Source: an uncultured Cardiobacteriales bacterium (GTDB lineage Bacteria; Pseudomonadota; Gammaproteobacteria; CAYWWW01). From it: a stretch of DNA of 64,000 bases. Positions 44,347 through 55,656 of this stretch are shown piece after piece. The stretch spans positions 52,717 through 116,716 of the forward strand of contig CAYWWW010000006.1 in assembly GCA_964462205.1 (NCBI GenBank). The letters run 5' to 3'. Position 1 is the stretch's first letter; the number at the start of each line of letters is the position of its first letter. The notes beneath the pieces were generated by a model. The model ran no database searches. It saw nothing but the letters and a program-made list of their open reading frames with translations, and was not told the DNA's origin. The position numbers and the translations under genes were made by a program.

Positions 44347-44456
44347 GTTTTTTCTTGTTTTATTTCAAAGATTTATTTTTTACTCACTCGGCTCCTGTCA
44401 CGGTGGCTACGACCTGGCGGGGCTTTTTTTATTTCTTTATTTTAAGGAGAAAACCT

Positions 44457-44660
44457 GTGGCCAAACAAAAACTCAAAACCAATCGCGGCGCCGCCAAACG
44501 CTTCCGCGTCCGAGGGGACGGCAGCTTCAAAGCCTATAGTTCGCATCGTCGGCATTTGTTGACCTCAAAATCCACCAAACGCAAACGTCATTTACGCGGC
44601 GTGTTAACCGTGCATCCTTGTGATCAGGCCGAAGTACGGCAGATGCTTCCCCACCATTAA
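44457..44660 (+). CDS. rpmI: 50S ribosomal protein L35
   Basis: GTG start preceded by an AAGGAGA ribosome-binding site. VAKQKLKTNRGAAKRFRVRGDGSFK. Confidence 0.85.
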   Translation: MAKQKLKTNRGAAKRFRVRGDGSFKAYSSHRRHLLTSKSTKRKRHLRGVLTVHPCDQAEVRQMLPHH

Positions 44661-44686
44661 CTAACTAAAATTTAAGGAGAAAAATC

Positions 44687-46124
<1,438 letters not shown>

Positions 46125-46159
46125 GCACTGATTTCTAAATAGTTTAAGGATTAAAAAAG

Positions 46160-48586
46160 ATGAACATCAGTAGCAACTGGCTGAAAAGTTTAGTCAATTA
46201 TCAAGAAACGCCGCAAGAATTAGCCAATCTTTTAAGCCTAGCCGGTTTAGAAGTCGCGGCGATAACGCCAGCAGCAGCGGCATTTTCCGGCGTGAACAGT
46301 GGCGAAATTGTCAGCGCCGAGCGGCATCCCGATGCCCAGAAGTTACAAGTTTGTCAAGTGAAAATCGGCGAAAATCAACCCCCTTTGCAAATTGTTTGCG
46401 GTGCCGCCAATGCCCGCGCCGGTCTTAAAGTCGCCGTCGCGCAAGTCGGCGCCGTGTTGCCGGCGCTGACCATTCAACAAAGCGAAATTCGCGGCGTGGC
46501 AAGCCATGGCATGTTGTGTTCAACCAGCGAATTGGCCTTGAGCGAAAAAAGTGACGGCATTTGGGAACTGCCCACAGCAGCACCGCTCGGTATGGATATC
46601 CGCAACTATTTTGACTTGGATGAGCTTATTTTAACCGTGGAATTAACGCCCAATCGCGGCGATTGCTTAAGTATGCACGGCCTCGCTCGCGAAGTGGCGG
46701 CTTTAACCGGTCAAACCTTTACCCCGCCGACTATTGAAGCAATTGCCGGTCAGGGCGAGACCTTGGCCGTGCGTTTGGCGAGTCCCGCCTGTCCGCGTTA
46801 TTGTGGCCGGATCATTCGTGGCGTTAATAATCAACCAACAAGTCCCTGGTGGTTACAGGAGCGTCTGCGCCGTGCCGGTTTGCGCAGCCTACAACCGATT
46901 GTTGATATTACCAATTTAGTGATGCTGGAACTCGGACAACCGCTGCACGCCTTTGATCTCGCGGCAATCCATGCTGAGGGCATCGTGGTGCGGCCAGCGC
47001 AAGACGGCGAAACCTTAAAAGCCTTGGATGGCAAAACGTTAACCTTGAGCGATAAAGATTTAGTCATTGCCGATGCCGAAAAAATTCTGGCCTTAGCTGG
47101 GGTCATCGGCGGTGCTGACAGCGCCTGTCAGCCTGACACCGTGGACATTTTCCTCGAAAGTGCTTTTTTTAGCGCCAAAGCCTTGGCCGGACGCGCCCGT
47201 GCCCACGGCTTAAACACCGATGCCGCCTATCGTTTTGAACGCGGTGTGGACTTTGCGCAAACCCGTAGCGCTTTGGAATACGCCACCGCTTTGATTGTAG
47301 AAGTGTGCGGCGGAGAGGCGAGCGCGGTTACGGAAAAACTCCAAAGTGAATTTTTGCCGGTACGTCAAGGCATTGCGCTGCCTTTGGCCAAACTCAACCG
47401 GCTTTTAGGCAGCGCGTTGTCGCTTAGCACGGTCAAGGAAAAACTTTCGGCTTTAAATATCAGCATCTTGGACGAAAATACCGACAGCATCACCGTGCTG
47501 CCTCCAAGCTATCGCTTTGATTTACAAATTACCGAAGACCTGATCGAAGAAGTGGCACGGTTAGTCGGTTACGACCAGTTGCCGGTGGCAGCGCAAGCAC
47601 AAGCACTGCCGGTGGTGCGCGCCGAAGAAAAACGCTTGACGGCAACGCTCTGGCGCAATCGGCTACACAGCTTTGGTTATCAAGAAGTTATCAATTATAG
47701 TTTTATTGATCCCAGTTGGCGCACCTGGTTTGCCGCTGGCAGTCAAAGGCCGTTTGGCGCGGTGGTTTCAAACACTGAACATTCTGAAAAACAAAGTATT
47801 TTAACCCTCGCCAATCCGATCAGCGCCGATTTAAGCGAGATGCGGCCAAGTTTATTGCCAGGACTTTTAAAAACCGCGACTTATAACTTCAATCGCCAAC
47901 AGGAACGCTTTGCCGCTTATGAAAGTGGTCGGGTGTTTTGGCTGGATAGTCACGGAAAAATTCAGGAGCAAGAACAAGTTGCCGGTATTGCCTATGGCGC
48001 AAGTCAAGGCAATCATTGGCAAAACAAAAGCCTTGCTCGCGATTTTTTCCGTTTGAAAGGCGAAATTGAGAGCCTCTTGGCCTTGAGTGACAGCGACTAC
48101 CGGCTTGAAAAAATTGATGTTTCCTATTTACATCCGGGACAAAGCCTCGGCATCTGGCAGCAAGGACAATGCTGCGGGGTTTTTGGCCAAATTCACCCAC
48201 GTTTACAAAAAAGCCTCGGCATTCCAATGCCCTTGTGGGGCTTTAGCCTGTTGGCAGACCTATTGCAAAGCCGGGCGCTGCCACATTATCAAGCGCTTTC
48301 CGCCTATCCCATGATTCGCCGCGACTTGGCCTTTGTCGCACCGCGCAGTCAAGCCGTGGCACCGCTTTTGGACTTGATTGCCGAAAGTGGCGGCAATTTA
48401 TTGCAAAAAGTCGAGCTTTTCGATGTTTATCAAGGCACTGGCTTGAGCGACCAAGAGCAAAGTTTGGCCTTTGCCTTGTGGTTGCAAGCCACTGATCGCA
48501 CCTTAACCGATGGCGATGTCAATGATTGTATTGCCAAAGTCTGTGAAGCATTGCAAAATGCCTATGCCTTACGTTTACGCACCTAA
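46160..48586 (+). CDS. pheT: Phenylalanyl-tRNA synthetase beta subunit
   Basis: 808 aa. N-terminus MNISSNWLKSLVNY... Sits in the conserved pheS-pheT-ihfA arrangement. Confidence 0.95.
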   Translation: MNISSNWLKSLVNYQETPQELANLLSLAGLEVAAITPAAAAFSGVNSGEIVSAERHPDAQKLQVCQVKIGENQPPLQIVCGAANARAGLKVAVAQVGAVLPALTIQQSEIRGVASHGMLCSTSELALSEKSDGIWELPTAAPLGMDIRNYFDLDELILTVELTPNRGDCLSMHGLAREVAALTGQTFTPPTIEAIAGQGETLAVRLASPACPRYCGRIIRGVNNQPTSPWWLQERLRRAGLRSLQPIVDITNLVMLELGQPLHAFDLAAIHAEGIVVRPAQDGETLKALDGKTLTLSDKDLVIADAEKILALAGVIGGADSACQPDTVDIFLESAFFSAKALAGRARAHGLNTDAAYRFERGVDFAQTRSALEYATALIVEVCGGEASAVTEKLQSEFLPVRQGIALPLAKLNRLLGSALSLSTVKEKLSALNISILDENTDSITVLPPSYRFDLQITEDLIEEVARLVGYDQLPVAAQAQALPVVRAEEKRLTATLWRNRLHSFGYQEVINYSFIDPSWRTWFAAGSQRPFGAVVSNTEHSEKQSILTLANPISADLSEMRPSLLPGLLKTATYNFNRQQERFAAYESGRVFWLDSHGKIQEQEQVAGIAYGASQGNHWQNKSLARDFFRLKGEIESLLALSDSDYRLEKIDVSYLHPGQSLGIWQQGQCCGVFGQIHPRLQKSLGIPMPLWGFSLLADLLQSRALPHYQALSAYPMIRRDLAFVAPRSQAVAPLLDLIAESGGNLLQKVELFDVYQGTGLSDQEQSLAFALWLQATDRTLTDGDVNDCIAKVCEALQNAYALRLRT

Positions 48587-48610
48587 GTTTTTTTCATTGA
48601 AGGAGTTTTT

Positions 48611-48913
48611 ATGGCATTAACCAAAGCACATATTGCCGAGCGTTTATTTAGCGAAGTTGGCTTAAACAAACGCGAAGCCAAGGAATTTGTTGAAGTATTT
48701 TTTGAAGAAATTCGTATTGCCTTGGAAAAAGGCGAACATGTAAAATTATCTGGTTTTGGCAATTTTACCCTGCGCGATAAAGGTGAGCGTCCGGGTCGCA
48801 ACCCCAAAACCGGCGAAGACATCCCGATTTCTGCGCGTCGCGTCGTCACTTTTCGTCCTGGACAAAAATTGCGCGCTCGCGTGGAAGGCAGCAGCGAAAA
48901 AGACGACGATTGA
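48611..48913 (+). CDS. ihfA: Integration host factor alpha subunit
   Basis: [13 protein letters not shown]...[40 protein letters not shown]. Confidence 0.95.
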   Translation: MALTKAHIAERLFSEVGLNKREAKEFVEVFFEEIRIALEKGEHVKLSGFGNFTLRDKGERPGRNPKTGEDIPISARRVVTFRPGQKLRARVEGSSEKDDD

Positions 48914-48964
48914 TTTTATTTCGCGCTATTGCTGACCAAAGCTTAACTTTTTGTCAATAAAAAC

Positions 48965-49303
48965 ATGCCGCTCACTATTCCCGATAAGCGCTATTTCACC
49001 ATCGGCGAAGTCAGTGAACTCTGTCAAGTTCGCCCACATGTCTTGCGCTATTGGGAACAGGAATTTCCACAACTCAAACCCCAACGCCGAGGCAATCGGC
49101 GTTATTATTCCCGCAACGAAGTGTTTCTGGTGTGGGAAATAAAAAAATTGCTTCATGAACAAGGTTTTACAACTTCCGGTGCGCGACAAAAACTCGAAGA
49201 AAGCGCTGCCAACAAGCCCGTCCTGTTCAAAAAAGATGCTTTACGCGCCTTGCAAAACGAACTCAAAGCGATTGCCGCCTTATTGAAAAACCCCGCCGAC
49301 TAA
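48965..49303 (+). CDS. MerR-family transcriptional regulator (small, HTH only)
   Basis: YFTIGEVSELCQVRPHVLRYWEQEF is a MerR-type helix-turn-helix. The position downstream of ihfA is conserved in many Gammaproteobacteria. Confidence 0.7.
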   Translation: MPLTIPDKRYFTIGEVSELCQVRPHVLRYWEQEFPQLKPQRRGNRRYYSRNEVFLVWEIKKLLHEQGFTTSGARQKLEESAANKPVLFKKDALRALQNELKAIAALLKNPAD

Positions 49304-49324
49304 CCTATACTTCGCGCCTTCATT

Positions 49325-49401
49325 CGGGATGTAGCGCAGCCTGGTAGCGCACCAGTCTGGGGGACTGGTGGTCGCAGGTTCAAATCCTGTCATCCCGACC
49401 A
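49325..49401 (+). tRNA. tRNA-Pro (anticodon GGG)
   Basis: CGGGAUG acceptor stem, anticodon loop CUGGGGG, T-loop UUCAAAU, and a 3' CCA encoded. Confidence 0.85.
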
Positions 49402-49613
49402 TTTTTTCCTTAAGCTGCCTTTTTGCTTCTGCCTTTCTTGTCCATTTCACAATTCCCTTGTTTTTCCACCAAACAACTTTTCTGGCCAAGGAACCAACAC
49501 CAACGCCGCCAAGGCGGTTGCCAGCAGCCAGCCGCATTGCGTACCATGCGCCTTTGGCCGCCAAATACTTTGGCAATGTTTAGAAAAACACCCGCTTAAC
49601 TTGGGAAACGTCT

Positions 49614-49736
49614 ATGCCGCTTCTTTATCTCTTATTGCTTACCTTAGCCGTGTCGAATTTGGTCGGCTGTGGTCAAAAAGGTGATCTGTACTTACCGAAA
49701 AGCACTACGTCCACTTTTATGCACAAGGCTCTATGA
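49614..49736 (+). CDS. lptM: Small LptM (YifL)-like lipoprotein, 40 aa, absent from the ORF track
   Basis: MPLLYLLLLTLAVSNLVGCGQKGDLYLPKSTTSTFMHKAL has a signal peptide, LVGC lipobox and the conserved GQKGDLYLP. Its stop overlaps the lysA-dapF start. The E. coli locus is yifL-dapF-yigA. Confidence 0.6.
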   Translation: MPLLYLLLLTLAVSNLVGCGQKGDLYLPKSTTSTFMHKAL

Positions 49737-51808
49737 CTTTTCATTATAAAAATCATCAACTTTTCTGTGAAGCACTGGCTTTAGAAACTTTAGCCACCGC
49801 GCATGGTACGCCCTTGTATGTCTATAGCGCCTCAGAAATTATTCAAAACTATCAAGCCTTTGATCAAGCATTAACTGCTGTACCGCATCATCTCTGCTAT
49901 GCTGTCAAAGCCAATGCCAACCTCTCGATTTTGGCGTTATTGGCCGAACAAGGGAGTTTTTTCGATGTGGTATCTATTGGCGAATTACAAAAAGTGGAAA
50001 CCGCTGGCGGCAAAGCCGCACAATGTATTTTTTCTGGCGTTGGCAAAGGCCTAGAGGAAATTGCCTATGCCTTAGAACAAGGCATCTTGACTTTAAACAT
50101 TGAATCGCTAGACGAATGGCAAGCTATTGAACAAGTTGCTAAAACCCACGGCGTAACCGCACCTGTGGCCATCCGCGTCAATCCTGATATTGATGCCAAA
50201 ACCCACCCTTATATTTCAACTGGCCTGAAAGAAAATAAATTTGGGATTGGGATGCCGGAGGCCGAAAAACTCTATCATCAGCTCAACGACAGCCAACACG
50301 CCGACATTCATGGTCTGGCGGCGCATATCGGTTCGCAAATGCTCGACCCGGCACCCTACCAAGCCGCTGCCCGCCGCCTACTCAGCCTCGCCGAGCGTCT
50401 TCAAGACAGAGGCATAAAACTCAAGCATCTGGATGTCGGTGGCGGCTTTGGCATTCGCTATCAGCAAGAACAACCACCCACGGCAACGGCTTGGTTTGCA
50501 CCACTATTAGCCGATTTTGCCGCTGCTGGTTTAACGATCTTGATTGAACCTGGCCGTGCGCTGGTTGGCAATGCCGGCGCACTGCTCACCCAGGTACGCT
50601 ATCGCAAGGAAAATCAAGGCAAACATTTTGCCATTGTGGATGCCGCGATGACGGAATTGCTGCGTCCCAGTCTCTATCAAGCACACCATGAAATTTTGCC
50701 GCTCAAGGCCGCCTTAGCCGAAAGTTATCCGCCGCTGGATATTGTTGGCCCGGTCTGCGAAAGCGGCGATTTTTTAGGCAAAAATCGGCAAATTCCCGCT
50801 GAAGTTGGCGATTTTTTAGCGATCTTAAGCACTGGTGCCTATGGCGCGGTCATGGCCTCGCAATACAATGCCCGACCGCTGGCTGCGGAAGTTTTAGTCT
50901 ATAAAAATCAAGCAGCAGTGATACGGCAACGGCAACCCTTGGCCGATTTATGGCGCTACGACACCTTGGCCAAACCTTGGACCAGCGCCGAAAAGCCGTT
51001 GCGTTTTCGCAAAATGCAAGCCTTAGGCAATGATTTTATTGTTATTGATCACCGTGAGCCGCGAGACTTCAAAACAGCAGACTGGCAAAAACTTGCCGAC
51101 CGGCATTTCGGTGTTGGTGCCGATCAGATTTTGCTGGTGGAAAAAAGCGCTGTCGCGGATTTTCGCTATCGCATCATCAATGCCGATGGCTCGGAAGTCG
51201 GCCAATGCGGCAACGGTGCGCGCTGTTTTATGGAATTTTTACGGCTGGAAGGTATCAGTCAGGCCGATACCGTGCGTGTTGAAACCTTAAGCGGCGCGAT
51301 GCTTCTGCATCGGGATGCCAAAGGAAATACTCGTGTGGACATGGGCTTAGCGCGTTTTGCGCCCAAAGCAATTCCCTTGGCGGTCGCCGAAGAACAAGCG
51401 GTTTATACCTTAAGCCTTGACGGTCAAGCACTTGACTTTCATGCGCTTTCCCTGGGGAATCCCCATGCGGTGTTCAAAGTCGAAGACGTAGATTTTGCGC
51501 CCGTCCAACAGCTCGGTGCGCGGCTTTCCGTACATCCGCTGTTTCCCGAACGTGCCAACATCGGTTTTATGCAGATCATTGACCACAACACTTTGAAATT
51601 GCGCGTATTTGAACGCGGTGCCGGGGAAACTTTAGCCTGTGGCAGTGGTGCCGCCGCCGCCGCGGTGATCGCCATACGCTTTTTTGGCGCGCACAGTCCC
51701 GTTCAGGTACAGCTACCTGGCGGCCGCTTAGAAATTTTCTGGGATGGCGGCGCGGTGATCTTGTGCGGGCCGGCCAGCAGCGTCTTTTCAGGAGAAATCG
51801 TTTTATGA
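49733..51808 (+). CDS. Apparent bifunctional diaminopimelate decarboxylase / diaminopimelate epimerase fusion (LysA-DapF)
   Basis: Residues 1-~410 align with LysA. Residues ~422-691 align with full-length DapF (LRFRKMQALGNDFIVID versus E. coli MQFSKMHGLGNDFMVVD; GQCGNGARCF active site). No stop codon between the two domains. Confidence 0.75.
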   Translation: MTFHYKNHQLFCEALALETLATAHGTPLYVYSASEIIQNYQAFDQALTAVPHHLCYAVKANANLSILALLAEQGSFFDVVSIGELQKVETAGGKAAQCIFSGVGKGLEEIAYALEQGILTLNIESLDEWQAIEQVAKTHGVTAPVAIRVNPDIDAKTHPYISTGLKENKFGIGMPEAEKLYHQLNDSQHADIHGLAAHIGSQMLDPAPYQAAARRLLSLAERLQDRGIKLKHLDVGGGFGIRYQQEQPPTATAWFAPLLADFAAAGLTILIEPGRALVGNAGALLTQVRYRKENQGKHFAIVDAAMTELLRPSLYQAHHEILPLKAALAESYPPLDIVGPVCESGDFLGKNRQIPAEVGDFLAILSTGAYGAVMASQYNARPLAAEVLVYKNQAAVIRQRQPLADLWRYDTLAKPWTSAEKPLRFRKMQALGNDFIVIDHREPRDFKTADWQKLADRHFGVGADQILLVEKSAVADFRYRIINADGSEVGQCGNGARCFMEFLRLEGISQADTVRVETLSGAMLLHRDAKGNTRVDMGLARFAPKAIPLAVAEEQAVYTLSLDGQALDFHALSLGNPHAVFKVEDVDFAPVQQLGARLSVHPLFPERANIGFMQIIDHNTLKLRVFERGAGETLACGSGAAAAAVIAIRFFGAHSPVQVQLPGGRLEIFWDGGAVILCGPASSVFSGEIVL

Positions 51809-52482
51809 ACGAAGCTGAAGTGTGTCAATATCTTGAAAATAATCCTGATTTTCTGCTTAAACATCCCGAAGTCTTGGCAAAACTGGAGTTATCCTTCAGT
51901 CAATCCGGCCTACCGTCGCTGCCGCTGTTGCGACTACAACAACTCCGCAGCCGCTTGGACGATTGTCAAAACGCCTTGCAGGGGGAACGGCAAAAGCAAG
52001 ACCTGCACAACCGCCGCTGCCGCGCCATGCAGCAGTTAGCGATAGAATTTTTGTATATTCAAAAAGTTGAAGAGCTGGTGGACAGCATTGATAGCATCTG
52101 TAGTGATGAAATGTCGGTGAGTAAAACCGTGCTGCGCTTTTGGCAAGCCGCGCCCGGCATTCCGGCCTCGTATCTCTTGCCGAAAATCAGCCAAAGTCCG
52201 CTCTTGCACCGCTTGGATCACGATGGCTTTTTTTGGGGTTCTCCGCCAAAAGCCGAGAAAAATCTCTTGGTTGCACAAGGTGATAACTTTGATAGTTTTG
52301 TTATGGCCGCCTTGAGCGATGCCCAGGAACATACCGTTGGCTTATTGGTTTGTGCAGGCCGCGATGCCACTTTATTAAATCAAGAACTGGATCGACCTTT
52401 TTTACGTTTCTTTCGGGATTTGGTTCGTCAAATGCTGATCAAATGCCTGCATCTCAATGACTTGGAACTCGGAAATGACTAA
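51805..52482 (+). CDS. yigA: DUF484 family protein (YigA-like)
   Basis: [24 protein letters not shown] matches the YigA N-terminus. Located downstream of dapF, as in E. coli. Confidence 0.7.
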   Translation: MNEAEVCQYLENNPDFLLKHPEVLAKLELSFSQSGLPSLPLLRLQQLRSRLDDCQNALQGERQKQDLHNRRCRAMQQLAIEFLYIQKVEELVDSIDSICSDEMSVSKTVLRFWQAAPGIPASYLLPKISQSPLLHRLDHDGFFWGSPPKAEKNLLVAQGDNFDSFVMAALSDAQEHTVGLLVCAGRDATLLNQELDRPFLRFFRDLVRQMLIKCLHLNDLELGND

Positions 52483-53011
52483 TTTTCATGGCACCACCAT
52501 TCTTGCCGTGCGGCGCGGCCAAGACTTTGCCTTAGGCGGCGATGGCCAAGTAACCCTGGGCAATATCAAAATCAAAGGTAATGCTAATAAAATCAGAAAG
52601 CTGCACCAGGGAAAAATTATCGCTGGTTTTGCTGGCGGCACTGCCGATGCTTTTACTTTATTTGAACGCTTTGAAGCAAAACTTGCTGATTTTCAAGATC
52701 TTAAACGTGCCGCTGTCGAACTCGCCAAAGATTGGCGCAGCGATAGAGTTTTGCGCCGACTCGAAGCCATGCTGTTGCTGGGCGATGCCAATTATACCTT
52801 ACTTTTAAGTGGCGCTGGCGATGTTTTAGAACCTGATCAAGGGGTTATCGGTATTGGTTCTGGTGGTGCTTATGCGCAATCCGCCGGTTTAGCACTGTTA
52901 AAACATAGTGCTTTGACTGCTGAAAAAATTGTCGAAGAAAGTTTAACCATCGCCGCGAGTCTTTGTATTTACACCAATAATAATTTCACTATCGTCAATT
53001 TAGCCGCTTAA
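52475..53011 (+). CDS. hslV: ATP-dependent protease subunit HslV
   Basis: [43 protein letters not shown] is the HslV Thr-protease N-terminus. Confidence 0.95.
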   Translation: MTNFHGTTILAVRRGQDFALGGDGQVTLGNIKIKGNANKIRKLHQGKIIAGFAGGTADAFTLFERFEAKLADFQDLKRAAVELAKDWRSDRVLRRLEAMLLLGDANYTLLLSGAGDVLEPDQGVIGIGSGGAYAQSAGLALLKHSALTAEKIVEESLTIAASLCIYTNNNFTIVNLAA

Positions 53012-53035
53012 CCTATTTTATTCAAAAACAATTAC

Positions 53036-54382
53036 ATGGAAAAAGACTCTTTTGATCATTTCACCCCGGAAGCGATTGTCCAAGAATTAGACCGTTTTAT
53101 CATTGGACAACAGGCTGCCAAATGTGCCGTTGCCATCGCTTTGCGTAACCGCTGGCGGCGTTTGCAATTGCCGGTAGCCTGGCAACGCGACATCACCCCG
53201 AAAAACATCTTGATGATAGGTCCCACCGGCGTTGGCAAAACCGAAATTGCGCGGCGTTTGGCGCGGTTAAGTGCAGCGCCATTTGTCAAAGTCGAAGCCA
53301 GCAAATTTACCGAAGTTGGTTATGTTGGTCGAGATGTTGATAGCATTATCAGGGACTTAGCCGAAGTCGCCTACCAATTGGCCGAAACACAGGCCAAAGC
53401 GCGGGTTCATGCGCAAGCGGTTGCGCAAGCCGAGGAAAAACTTCTGGATATTTTGTTACCGCGTCCGAAAAACATCAGTTTTGATGTCAGCGCTGACCAA
53501 CCGCCAGACAATACCCGTGAAAAATTTCGGCAAAAATTACGGCAAGGGCAGCTCGATGCCCGCGAAATTGACATTGACTTACCGGAAATCGGTGAAATGC
53601 AAGTCTTTGCGCCGCCGGGCTTGGAAGAAATGACCCAACAGTTTGAAAAATTATTTCAAAGTTTTCAACAACAACGCCAAAAAAAGCAGCGTCTGACTAT
53701 CGCCAAAGCCTGGCCATTATTGATAGATCAAGAAGCCAAACAACTCCTCAATACCGTCGAGGTCAAAAGCGCGGCTGTGCAACTGGCTGAAGAAAAAGGT
53801 ATTGTTTTCATTGACGAAATTGACAAAATCGCGCGTTCTCGTCAACAGCAGATGGGAGCCGATATTTCCGGTGAAGGCGTGCAGCGTGATTTATTACCGT
53901 TAATTGAAGGCAGTCGGGTGACGACGAAATATGGCGCAATCAATACTGATCATATTTTATTTATCACCTCAGGCGCGTTTCATGTCAGTAAACCTTCCGA
54001 TTTAATTCCAGAATTACAAGGACGCTTGCCGATTCGTGTGGAACTCAATGCTTTACAAAGCGCCGATTTTATTCGCATTTTACAAGAACCTGAGCATAGT
54101 TTATTAAAGCAATATCAAGCCTTATTACAAGTGGAAAAAGTCCAGTTGACTTTTAGTGACGATGGTATTGCGCGTATGGCAGAAGTGGCGTTTACCATGA
54201 ATCAACGCTTGGAAAATATCGGTGCGCGTCGCTTGCATACCGTGGTGGAAAAAGTTTTAGAAGAAGTCTCTTTCTTAGCGTCACATTATGCTAATCAAAC
54301 GGTTATAATTGATGCCGCTTTTGTGGATCGGCGTTTACAACCCGTGCTTGGCGATGAAAACCTTCAACACTATATTTTATAA
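53036..54382 (+). CDS. hslU: ATP-dependent protease ATPase subunit HslU
   Basis: TPEAIVQELDRFIIGQ...ILMIGPTGVGKTEIARRLA is the AAA+ HslU signature. Confidence 0.95.
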   Translation: MEKDSFDHFTPEAIVQELDRFIIGQQAAKCAVAIALRNRWRRLQLPVAWQRDITPKNILMIGPTGVGKTEIARRLARLSAAPFVKVEASKFTEVGYVGRDVDSIIRDLAEVAYQLAETQAKARVHAQAVAQAEEKLLDILLPRPKNISFDVSADQPPDNTREKFRQKLRQGQLDAREIDIDLPEIGEMQVFAPPGLEEMTQQFEKLFQSFQQQRQKKQRLTIAKAWPLLIDQEAKQLLNTVEVKSAAVQLAEEKGIVFIDEIDKIARSRQQQMGADISGEGVQRDLLPLIEGSRVTTKYGAINTDHILFITSGAFHVSKPSDLIPELQGRLPIRVELNALQSADFIRILQEPEHSLLKQYQALLQVEKVQLTFSDDGIARMAEVAFTMNQRLENIGARRLHTVVEKVLEEVSFLASHYANQTVIIDAAFVDRRLQPVLGDENLQHYIL

Positions 54383-54457
54383 ATTTCATATATTTTATAA
54401 ATTTCATCCAAAGTCCTGCCAAAACCCTTAACTTTTTTTCAATACATTGAAATTATT

Positions 54458-54817
54458 ATGAGCAAACATCTTCCCACCGATTTAATTTTGGATCAAAAAT
54501 CCCGTGCTTTAGAAGTGCGTTTTGCCGATGGCAGTAGTTTTTCCCTCCCTTGTGAATACTTACGAGTATTTTCGCCGTCGGCGGAAGTCAAAGGCCACGG
54601 TCCCGGACAAGAAGTGCTGCAAATTCATAAGGAAAACGTCAATATCAGTGCCATTGAACCCGTCGGCAACTACGGCGTAAAACTCATTTTTAGCGACGGT
54701 CACGACACTGGCATTTACGACTGGAACTATTTGTATTTTCTCGGCATTGAACAAGAAAAAAACTGGCAAGGTTATCTAGCGCGTTTAAGTGCGGCGGGGA
54801 TTGCGCGGGGAAGTTGA
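54458..54817 (+). CDS. DUF971 (gamma-butyrobetaine hydroxylase-like N-terminal domain) protein
   Basis: FADGSSFSLPCEYLRVFSPSAEVKGHG...DGHDTGIYDWNYL is typical of DUF971. Confidence 0.7.
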   Translation: MSKHLPTDLILDQKSRALEVRFADGSSFSLPCEYLRVFSPSAEVKGHGPGQEVLQIHKENVNISAIEPVGNYGVKLIFSDGHDTGIYDWNYLYFLGIEQEKNWQGYLARLSAAGIARGS

Positions 54818-54960
54818 TCAATCTATGCATCCGTCACCAAGGTTACTGTTACATAAGACTATCCACTGATGTATTAAAAATAACTCTAGTGAAGAATTAA
54901 CTATAATCCTTCTTGATATCTTTAACCTTTATCAAAATCAAACTTGTACTTGGAGCGACA

Positions 54961-55656
54961 ATGGCAAAGTTTCTGAACACAAGCGCAACAAATTATTTTC
55001 TGGAAGAACTCATTAAAAGTGCCAAAGATCGGCTTATTTTAATTAGTCCTTTTCTTCGGCTCAACGATAGAATTAAAGAGCTTCTTGAAGACAAAAACCG
55101 CCTTAAAATTGATGTTCGGGTCGTTTATGGCAAAAACGAACTACAGCCCGAAGAAATCAATTGGTTAAAAGAGCTTACCTATCTAAGAACAAGTTTCTGC
55201 AAGAATCTTCATGCCAAGTGTTATCTGAATGAAGAGCTTTGCATTATCACAAGCCTGAATCTTTATGAGTTTAGCCAAGTAAATAACAACGAAATGGGGG
55301 TTCTGATTCGCCGCAGCGAAGACCATGAACTGTACAAAGAAGCCTACGAAGAAGCGCAACGCATCGTCCGCATCAGTGATGAAATACGCATCTCCGTAGA
55401 AACCATCAATAAAGAACCTGAAGCACCTGTGGAAACTGAAGAAAATACACCTGATAAACTCACTACTTCAAAACTAGCTCAAAAATTAGGAATAAAAACT
55501 AATGAACTGAATGATCGGCTGGTAAGGAATGGCTATCTGGAAGTAAAAGAAGGAAAACACTATATCACCGCCAAAGGCAAAGAAGTCGGCGGCGAATTTC
55601 GCAAGAGTACAAAATTCGGTCATTATTTTTTATGGCCTGAAAGTTTTCGACCATAA
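54961..55656 (+). CDS. Phospholipase D (HKD)-family nuclease-like protein with a C-terminal putative DNA-binding domain
   Basis: Single HxK(x)4D motif (LHAKCYLNEELCIITSLN). C-terminal basic region KLGIKTNELNDRLVRNGYLEVKEGKHYITAKGKEVGG. The gene and its flanks are AT-rich, with atypical AGA/AGG/ATA codons. Confidence 0.6.
   Translation: MAKFLNTSATNYFLEELIKSAKDRLILISPFLRLNDRIKELLEDKNRLKIDVRVVYGKNELQPEEINWLKELTYLRTSFCKNLHAKCYLNEELCIITSLNLYEFSQVNNNEMGVLIRRSEDHELYKEAYEEAQRIVRISDEIRISVETINKEPEAPVETEENTPDKLTTSKLAQKLGIKTNELNDRLVRNGYLEVKEGKHYITAKGKEVGGEFRKSTKFGHYFLWPESFRP

Noticed and set aside
49280-49583. ORFs 49280-49576 (-) and 49368-49583 (+)
   Set aside because: They overlap the tRNA-Pro(GGG) gene and the MerR-family gene 3' end. 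No coding signal.
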